Shown piece by piece: positions 55,301 through 64,000 of a DNA stretch of 64,000 bases. The notes beneath the pieces are model-generated. The model had not been told where the DNA came from and did no database searches. It saw nothing but the letters and a program-made list of their open reading frames with translations. The stretch is taken from the NCBI RefSeq assembly GCF_009914755.1, contig NC_060926.1; one strand, 5' to 3'. This stretch comes from the human T2T-CHM13v2.0 reference genome, Homo sapiens. Numbering within the stretch: the first letter of the stretch is position 1; the number at the start of each line of letters is the position of its first letter. The position numbers were made by a program, and so were the translations under genes.

Positions 55301-56509
55301 AAAGCAGACAGCAGCATTCCCAGTAACTTCTTTGTGACGTTTGCATTCAAGTCACAGAGTTGAACATTCCCTTTCATAGAGCAGGTTTGAAACACTCTTT
55401 TTGTAGTATCTGGATGTGGACATTTGGAGCGCTTTCAGGCCTATGGTGAAAAAGGAAATATCTTCCCCTGAAAACTAGACAGAAGAATTCTCAGAATCTT
55501 ATTTGTGATGTGCGCCATCAACTAACAGTGTTGAAGCTTTCTTTTGATAGAGCAGTTTTGAAACACTCTTTTTGTAAAATCTGCAAGAGGATATTTGGAT
55601 AGCTTTGAGGATTTCGTTGGAAACGGGATTGTCTTCATATAAACTCTAGACAGAAGCATTCTCAGAAGCGTCATTGGGATGTTTCAATTGAAGTCACAGT
55701 GTTGAACATTCCCTTTCATAGAGCAGGTTTGAAACACTCTTTTTGTAGTATCTGGATGTGGACATTTGGAGCGCTTTCAGGCCTATGGTTTAAAAGGAAA
55801 TATCTTCCCCTGAAAACTAGACAGAAGCATTCTCAGAAACTTATTTGTGATGTGCGCCCTCAACTAACAGTGTTGAAGCATTCTTTTGATAGAGCAGTTT
55901 TGAAACACTCTTTTTGTGGAATCTGCAAGTGGATATTTGTCTAGCTTTGAGGATTTCGTTGGAAACGGGATTACATATAAAAAGCAGACAGCAGCATTCC
56001 CAGTAACTTCTTTGTGATGTTTGCATTCAAGTCAGAGAGTTGAACATTCCCTTTCATAGAGCAGGTTTGAAACACTCTTTTTGAAGTATCTGGTTGTGGA
56101 CATTTGGAGCGCTTTCAGGCCTATGGTGAAAAAGGAAATATCTTCCCCTGAAAACTAGACAGAAGCATTCTCAGAAACTTATTTGTGATGTGCGCCCTCA
56201 ACTAACAGTGTTGAACCTTTCTTTTGATAGAGCAGTTTTGAAACACTCTTTTTGTAATATCTGCAAGAGGATATTTGGATAGCTTTGAGGATTTCGTTGG
56301 AAACGGGATTGTCTTCATATAAACTCTAGACAGAAGCATTCTCAGAAGCTTCATTGGGATGTTTCAATTGAAGTCACAGTGTTGAACAGTCCCTTTCATA
56401 GAGCAGGTTTGAAACACTCTTTTTGTAGTATCTGGAAGTGGACATTTGGAGCGCTCTCAGGACTACGATGATAAAGGAAATATCTTCCAATAAAAGCTAG
56501 ATAGAAGCA

Positions 56510-59500
56510 ATGTCAGAAACTTTTTCATGATGTATCTACTCAGCTAACAGAGTTGAACCTTTCTTTTGAGAGAGCAGTTTTGAAACACTCTTTTTGTGGA
56601 ATCTGCAAGTGGATATTTGTCTAGCTTTGAGGATTTCGTTGGAAACGGGATTACATATAAAAAGCAGACAGCAGCATTCCCAGAATCTTCTTTGTGATGT
56701 TTGCATTCAAGTCACAGAGTTGAACATTCCCTTTCATAGAGCAGGTTTGAAACACTCTTTTTGTAGTATCTGGATGTGGACATTTGGAGCGCTTTCAGGC
56801 CTATGGTGAAAAAGGAAATATCTTCCCCTGAAAACTAGACAGAAGCATTCTCAGAATCTTATTTGTGATGTGCGCCCTCAACTAACAGTGTTGAAGCTTT
56901 CTTTTGATAGAGCAGTTTTGAAACACTCTTTTTGTAAAATCTGCAAGAGGATATTTGGATAGCTTTGAGGATTTCGTTGGAAACGGGATTGTCTTCATAT
57001 AAACTCTAGACAGAAGCATTCTCAGAAGCTTCATTGGGATGTTTCAATTGAAGTCACAGTGTTGAACAGTCCCTTTCATAGAGCAGGTTTGAAACACTCT
57101 TTTTGTAGTATCTGGAAGTGGACATTTGGAGCGCTCTCAGGACTGCGGTGAAAAAGGAAATATCTTCCAATAAAAGCTAGACAGAAGCAATGTCAGAAAC
57201 TTTTTCATGATGTATCTACTCAGCTAACAGAGTTGAACCTTCATTTGAGAGAGCAGTTTTGAAACACTCGTTTTGTGGAATCTGCAAGTGGATATTTGTC
57301 TAGCTTTGAGGATTTCGTTGGAAACGGGATTACATATAAAAAGCAGACAGCAGCATTCCCAGAAACTTCTTTGTGATGTTTGCATTCAAGTCACAGAGTT
57401 GAACATTCCCTTTCATAGAGCAGGTTTGAAACACTCTTTTTGTAGTATCTGGATGTGTACATTTGCAGCGCTTTCAGGCCTAAGGTGAAAAAGGAAATAT
57501 CTTCTCCTGTAAACTAGACAGAAGCATTCTCAGAAACTTATTTGTGATGTGCGCCCTCAACTAACAGTGTTGAAGCTTTCTTTTGATAGAGCAGTTTTGA
57601 AACACTCTTTTTGTAAAATCTGCAAGAGGATATTTGGATAGCTTTGAGGATTTCGTTGGAAACGGGATTGTCTTCATATAAACTCTAGACAGAAGCATTC
57701 TCAGAAGCTTCATTGGGATGTTTCAATTGAAGTCACAGTGTTGAACAGTCCCTTTCATAGAGCAGGTTTGAAACACTCTTTTTGTAGTATCTGGATGTGG
57801 ACATTTGGAGCGCTTTCAGGCCTACGGTTTAAAAGGAAATATCTTCCCCTGAAAACTAGACAGAAGCATTCTCAGAAACTTATTTGTGATGTGCACCCTC
57901 AACTAACAGTGTTGAAGCATTCTTTTGATAGAGCAGTTTTGAAACACTCTTTTTGTGGAATCTGCAAGTGGATATTTGTCTAGCTTTGAGGATTTCGTTG
58001 GAAACGGGATTAATTATAAATAGCAGACAGCAGCATTCCCAGAATCTTGTTTGTGATGTTTGCATTCAAGTCACAGAGTTGAACATTCCCTTTCAGAGAG
58101 CAGGTTTGAAACACTCTTTTTATAGTATCTGGATGTGGACATTTGGAGCGCTTTCAGGCCTATGATGAAAAAGGAAATATCTTCTCCTGAAAACTAGACA
58201 GAAGCATTCTCAGAATCTTATTTGTGATGTGCGCCCTCAACTAACAGTGTTGAAGCTTTCTTTTGATAGAGCAGTTTTGAAACACTCTTTTCGTAAAATC
58301 TGCAAGAGGATATTTGGATAGCTTTGAGGATTTCGTTGGAAACGGGATTGTCTTCATATAAACTCTAGACAGAAGCATTCTCAGAAGCTTCATTGGGAGG
58401 TTTCAATTGAAGTCACAGTGTTGAACAGTCCCTTTCATAGAGCAGGTTTGAAACACTCTTTTTGTAGTATCTGGAAGTGGACATTTGTAGAGATCTCAGG
58501 AATACGGTGATAAAGGTAATATCTTCCAATAAAAGCTAGATAGAAGCAATGTCAGAAACTTTTTCATGATGTATCTACTCAGCTAACAGAGTTGAACCTT
58601 TCTTTTGAGAGAGCAGTTTTGAAACACTCTTTTTGTGGAATCTGCAAGTGGATATTTGTCTAGCTTTGAGGATTTCGTTGGAAACGGGATTACATATAAA
58701 AAGCAGACAGCAGCATTCCCAGTAACTTCTTTGTGATGTTTGCATTCAAGTCACAGAGTTGAACATTCCCTTTCATAGAGCAGGTTTGAAACACTTTTTT
58801 TGTAGTATCTGGATGTGGACATTTGGAGCGCTTTCAGGCCTATGGTGAAAAAGGAAATATCTTCCAATAAAAGCTAGATAGAAGCAATGTCAGAAACTTT
58901 TTCATGATGTATCTACTCAGCTAACAGAGTTGAACCTTTCTTTTGAGAGAGCAGTTTTGAAACACTCTTTTTGTAAAATCTGCAAGAGGATATTTGGATA
59001 GCTTTGAGGATTTCGTTGGAAACGGGATTGTCTTCATATAAACTCTAGACAGAAGCATTCTCAGAAGCGTCATTGGGATGTTTCAATTGAAGTCACAGTG
59101 TTGAACAGTCCCTTTCATAGAGCAGGTTTGAAACACTCTTTTTGTAGTATCTGGATGTGGACATTTGGAGCGCTTTCAGGCCTATGGTTTAAAAGGAAAT
59201 ATCTTCCCCTGAAAACTAGACAGAAGCATTCTCAGAAACTTATTTGTGATGTGCGCCTTCAACTAACAGTGTTGAAGCATTCTTTTGATAGAGCAGTTTT
59301 GAAACACTCTTTTTGTGGAATCTGCAAGTGGATATTTGTCTAGCTTTGAGGATTTCGTTGGAAACGGGATTACATATAAAAAGCAGACAGCAGCATTCCC
59401 AGAAACTTCTTTGTGATGTTTGCATTCAAGTCACAGAGTTGAACATTCCCTTTCAGAGAGCAGGTTTGAAACACTCTTTTTGTAGTATCTGGATGTGGAC

Positions 59501-62500
59501 ATTTGGAGCGCTTTCAGCCCTATGGTGAAAAAGGAAATATCTTCCCCTGAAAACTAGACAGAATCATTCTCAGAATCTTATTTGTGATGTGCGCCCTCAA
59601 CTAACAGTGTTGAAGCTTTCTTTTGATAGAGCAGTTTTGAAACACTCTTTTTGTAAAATCTGCAAGAGGATATTTGGATAGCTTTGAGGATTTCGTTGGA
59701 AACGGGATTGTCTTCATATAAACTCTAGACAGAAGCATTCTCAGAAGCTTCATTGGGATGTTTCAATTGAAGTCACAGTGTTGAACAGTCCCTTTCATAG
59801 AGCAGGTTTGAAACACTCTTTTTGTAGTATCTGGAAGTGGACATTTGGAGCGCTCTCAGGACTGCGGTGAAAAAGGAACTATCTTCCAATAAAAGCTAGA
59901 TAGAAGCAATGTCAGAAACTTTTTCATGATGTATCTACTCAGCTAACAGAGTTGAACCTTTCCTTTGAGAGAGCAGTTTTGAAACACTCTTTTTGTGGAA
60001 TCTGCAAGTGGATATTTGTCTAGCTTTGAGGATTTCGTTGGAAACGGGATTACATATAAAAAGCAGACAGCAGCATTCCCAGTAACTTCTTTGTGATGTT
60101 TGCATTCAAGTCACAGAGTTGAACATTCCCTTTCATAGAGCAGGTTTGAAACACTCTTTTTGTAGTATCTGGATGTGGACATTTGGAGCGCTTTCAGGCC
60201 TATGGTGAAAAAGGAAATATCTTCCCCTGAAAACTAGACAGAAGCATTCTCAGAAACTTATTTGTGATGTGCACCCTCAACTAACAGTGTTGAACCTTTC
60301 TTTTGATAGAGCAGTTTTGAAACACTCTTTTTGTAATATCTGCAAGAGGATATTTGGATAGCTTTGAGGATTTCGTTGGAAACGGGATTACATATAAAAA
60401 GCAGACAGCAGCATTCCCAGAATCTTGTTTGTGATGTTTGCATTCAAGTCACAGAGTTGAACATTCCCTTTCAGAGAGCAGGTTTGAAACACTCTTTTTA
60501 TAGTGTCTGGATTTGGACATTTGGAGCGCTTTCAGGCCTATGGTGAAAAAGGAAATATCTTCTCCTGTAAACTAGACAGAAGCATTCTCAGAAACTTATT
60601 TGTGATGTGCGCCCTCAACTAACAGTGTTGAAGCTTTCTTTTGATAGAGCAGTTTTGAAACACTCTTTTTGTAAAATCTGCAAGAGGATATTTGGATAGC
60701 TTTGAGGATTTCGTTGGAAACGGGATTGTCTTCATATAAACTCTAAACAGAAGCATTCTCAGAAGCTTCATTGGGATGTTTCAATTGAAGTCACAGTGTT
60801 GAACAGTCCCTTTCATAGAGCAGGTTTGAAACACTCTTTTTGTAGTATCTGGAAGTGGACATTTGGAACGCTCTCAGGACTGCGGTGAAAAATGAAATAT
60901 CTTCCAATAAAATCTAGATAGAAGCAATGTCAGAAACTTTTTCATGATGTATCTACTCAGCTAACAGAGTTGAACCTTTCTTTTGAGAGAGCAGTTTTGA
61001 AACACTCTTTTTGTGGAATCTGCAAGTGGATATTAGTCTAGCTTTGAGGATTTCGTTGGAAACGGGATTACATATAAAAAGCAGACAGCAGCATTCCCAG
61101 TAACTTCTTTGTGATGTTTGCATTCAAGTCACAGAGTTGAACATTCCCTTTCATAGAGCAGGTTTGAAACACTTTTTTTGTAGTATCTGGATGTGGATAT
61201 TTGGAGCGCTTTCAGGCCTATGGTGAAAAAGGAAATATCTTCCAATAAAAGCTACATAGAAGCAATGTCAGAAACTTTTTCATGATGTATCTACTCAGCT
61301 AACAGAGTTGAACCTTTCTTTTGAGAGAGCAGTTTTGAAACACTCTTTTTGTGGAATCTGCAAGTGGATATTTGTCTAGCTTTGAGGATTTCGTTGGAAA
61401 CGGGATTACATATAAAAAGCAGACAGCAGCATTCCCAGAATCTTCTTTGTGATGTTTGCATTCAAGTCACAGAGTTGAACATTCCCTTTCATAGAGCAGG
61501 TTTGAAACACTCTTTTTGTAGTATCTGGATGTGGACATTTGGAGCGCTTTCAGGCCTATGGTGAAAAAGGAAATATCTTCCCCTGAAAACTAGACAGAAG
61601 CATTCTCAGAATCTTATTTGTGATGTGCGCCCTCAACTAACAGTGTTGAAGCTTTCTTTTGATAGAGCAGTTTTGAAACACTCTTTTTGTAAAATCTGCA
61701 AGAGGATATTTGGATAGCTTTGAGGATTTCGTTGGAAACGGGATTGTCTTCATATAAACTCTAGACAGAAGCATTCTCAGAAGCTTCATTGGGATGTTTC
61801 AATTGAAGTCACAGTGTTGAACAGTCCCTTTCATAGAGCAGGTTTGAAACACTCTTTTTGTAGTATCTGGAAGTGGACATTTGGAGCGCTCTCAGGACTG
61901 CGGTGAAAAAGGAAATATCTTCCAATAAAAGCTAGACAGAAGCAATGTCAGAAACTTTTTCATGATGTATCTACTCAGCTAACAGAGTTGAACCTTCATT
62001 TGAGAGAGCAGTTTTGAAACACTCGTTTTGTGGAATCTGCAAGTGGATATTTGTCTAGCTTTGAGGATTTCGTTGGAAACGGGATTACATATAAAAAGCA
62101 GACAGCAGCATTCCCAGAAACTTCTTTGTGATGTTTGCATTCAAGTCACAGAGTTGAACATTACCTTTCATAGAGCAGGTTTGAAACACTCTTTTTGTAG
62201 TATCTGGATGTGTACATTTGCAGCGCTTTCAGGCCTAAGGTGAAAAAGGAAATATCTTCCCCTGAAAACTAGACAGAAGCATTCTCAGAAACTTATTTGT
62301 GATGTGCGCCCTCAACTAACAGTGTTGAAGCTTTCTTTTGATAGAGCAGTTTTGAAACACTCTTTTTGTAAAATCTGCAAGAGGATATTTGGATAGCTTT
62401 GAGGATTTCGTTGGAAACGGGATTGTCTTCATATAAACTCTAGACAGAAGCATTCTCAGAAGCTTCATTGGGATGTTTCAATTGAAGTCACAGTGTTGAA

Positions 62501-64000
62501 CAGTCCCTTTCATAGAGCAGGTTTGAAACACTCTTTTTGTAGTATCTGGATGTGGACATTTGGAGCGCTTTCAGGCCTACGGTTTAAAAGGAAATATCTT
62601 CCCCTGAAAACTAGACAGAAGCATTCTCAGAAACTTATTTGTGATGTGCGCCCTCAACTAACAGTGTTGAAGCATTCTTTTGATAGAGCAGTTTTGAAAC
62701 ACTCTTTTTGTGGAATCTGCAAGTGGATATTTGTCTAGCTTTGAGGATTTCGTTGGAAACGGGATTAATTATAAATAGCAGACAGCAGCATTCCCAGAAT
62801 CTTGTTTGTGATGTTTGCATTCAAGTCACAGAGTTGAACATTCCCTTTCAGAGAGCAGGTTTGAAACACTCTTTTTATAGTATCTGGATGTGGACATTTG
62901 GAGCGCTTTCAGGCCTATGATGAAAAAGGAAATATCTTCTCCTGAAAACTAGACAGAAGCATTCTCAGAATCTTATTTGTGATGTGCGCCCTCAACTAAC
63001 AGTGTTGAAGCTTTCTTTTGATAGAGCAGTTTTGAAACACTCTTTTCGTAAAATCTGCAAGAGGATATTTGGATAGCTTTGAGGATTTCGTTGGAAACGG
63101 GATTGTCTTCATATAAACTCTAGACAGAAGCATTCTCAGAAGCTTCATTGGGATGTTTCAATTGAAGTCACAGTGTTGAACAGTCCCTTTCATAGAGCAG
63201 GTTTGAAACACTCTTTTTGTAGTATCTGGAAGTGGACATTTGTAGAGATCTCAGGAATACGGTGATAAAGGTAATATCTTCCAATAAAAGCTAGATAGAA
63301 GCAATGTCAGAAACTTTTTCATGATGTATCTACTCAGCTAACAGAGTTGAACCTTTCTTTTGAGAGAGCAGTTTTGAAACACTCTTTTTGTGGAATCTGC
63401 AAGTGGATATTTGCCTAGCTTTGAGGATTTCGTTGGAAACGGGATTACATATAAAAAGCAGACAGCAGCATTCCCAGTAACTTCTTTGTGATGTTTGCAT
63501 TCAAGTCACAGAGTTGAACATTCCCTTTCATAGAGCAGGTTTGAAACACTTTTTTTGTAGTATCTGGATGTGGACATTTGGAGCGCTTTCAGGCCTATGG
63601 TGAAAAAGGAAATATCTTCCAATAAAAGCTAGATAGAAGCAATGTCAGAAACTTTTTCATGATGTATCTACTCAGCTAACAGAGTTGAACCTTTCTTTTG
63701 AGAGAGCAGTTTTGAAACACTCTTTTTGTAAAATCTGCAAGAGGATATTTGGATAGCTTTGAGGATTTCGTTGGAAACGGGATTGTCTTCATATAAACTC
63801 TAGACAGAAGCATTCTCAGAAGCGTCATTGGGATGTTTCAATTGAAGTCACAGTGTTGAACAGTCCCTTTCATAGAGCAGGTTTGAAACACTCTTTTTGT
63901 AGTATCTGGATGTGGACATTTGGAGCGCTTTCAGGCCTATGGTTTAAAAGGAAATATCTTCCCCTGAAAACTAGACAGAAGCATTCTCAGAAACTTATTT
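56510..64000 (+). repeat. Tandem duplication of a 4755-bp (28-monomer) unit; second copy runs off the window end
   Basis: Four SNPs I saw only in this pair, all offset by 4755: 57182/61937, 57825/62580, 58021/62776, 58488/63243. The second copy starts after 61255. Confidence 0.88.

Larger units (their letters stand above)
1..64000 (+). repeat. Centromeric alpha-satellite higher-order repeat array, SF2 type, ~680-bp 4-mer base unit; probably human chr2 D2Z1 (S2C2H1L)
   Basis: Seen: continuous ~170-bp tandem monomers with alphoid hallmarks (GAGCAG(G/T)TTTGAAACACTCTTTTTG, AGAAGCATTCTCAGAAACT). CENP-B boxes at 236, 574, 915, 1257, 1595, 1937, 2274 and onward. Two dimer classes (338 and 342 bp) sum to 680 bp, with one XbaI site per Y dimer. 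Established: D2Z1 is an SF2 4-mer ~680-bp XbaI HOR. The alpha-satellite call is essentially certain; the chromosome assignment is about 0.8 and needs HMM/BLAST confirmation. Confidence 0.97.

Noticed and set aside
11-62920. More than 100 short ORFs (60-94 aa) on both strands
   Set aside because: They are near-identical translations of satellite monomers, many with TTG/GTG starts, and they appear or vanish with single SNPs. I see no domain or splice structure. They were used only as positional markers.
236-63800. CRISPR-like regularly spaced invariant motif
   Set aside because: The motif is the CENP-B box region. The intervening ~320 bp are themselves repeats rather than unique spacers, and no cas genes are present.
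1-64000. Transposon insertion, inversion or embedded unique sequence
   Set aside because: Reading line by line, I saw no non-alphoid segment, poly(A) tail, target-site duplication or strand switch. A very small insert could have been missed by eye.

Overview
The whole 64-kb window is one uninterrupted, single-orientation array of ~171-bp alpha-satellite monomers from a human (or great-ape) centromere. A-type (pJalpha-box) and B-type (CENP-B-box) monomers alternate strictly, with a canonical CENP-B box every 337-342 bp. The basic higher-order repeat (HOR) is a ~680-bp 4-mer made of a 338-bp 'X' dimer and a 342-bp XbaI-bearing 'Y' dimer. This fits suprachromosomal family 2 and most probably the live chromosome 2 array D2Z1 (S2C2H1L); that assignment comes from recall, not a database search. 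I see no genes, RNA genes, transposon insertions, inversions or CRISPR arrays, and all listed ORFs are satellite artefacts. I did not find a new protein-coding system. The interesting signal is architectural. The array is a mosaic of canonical and hybrid dimers arranged in nested, in-register super-repeats of 1018, 2719 (x3), 3061, 4755, 5096, 5434, 5777 and ~10.5-11.9 kb. Their junctions can be mapped by eye, in one case to ~9 bp. SNP patterns also point to gene conversion or recombination between copies.
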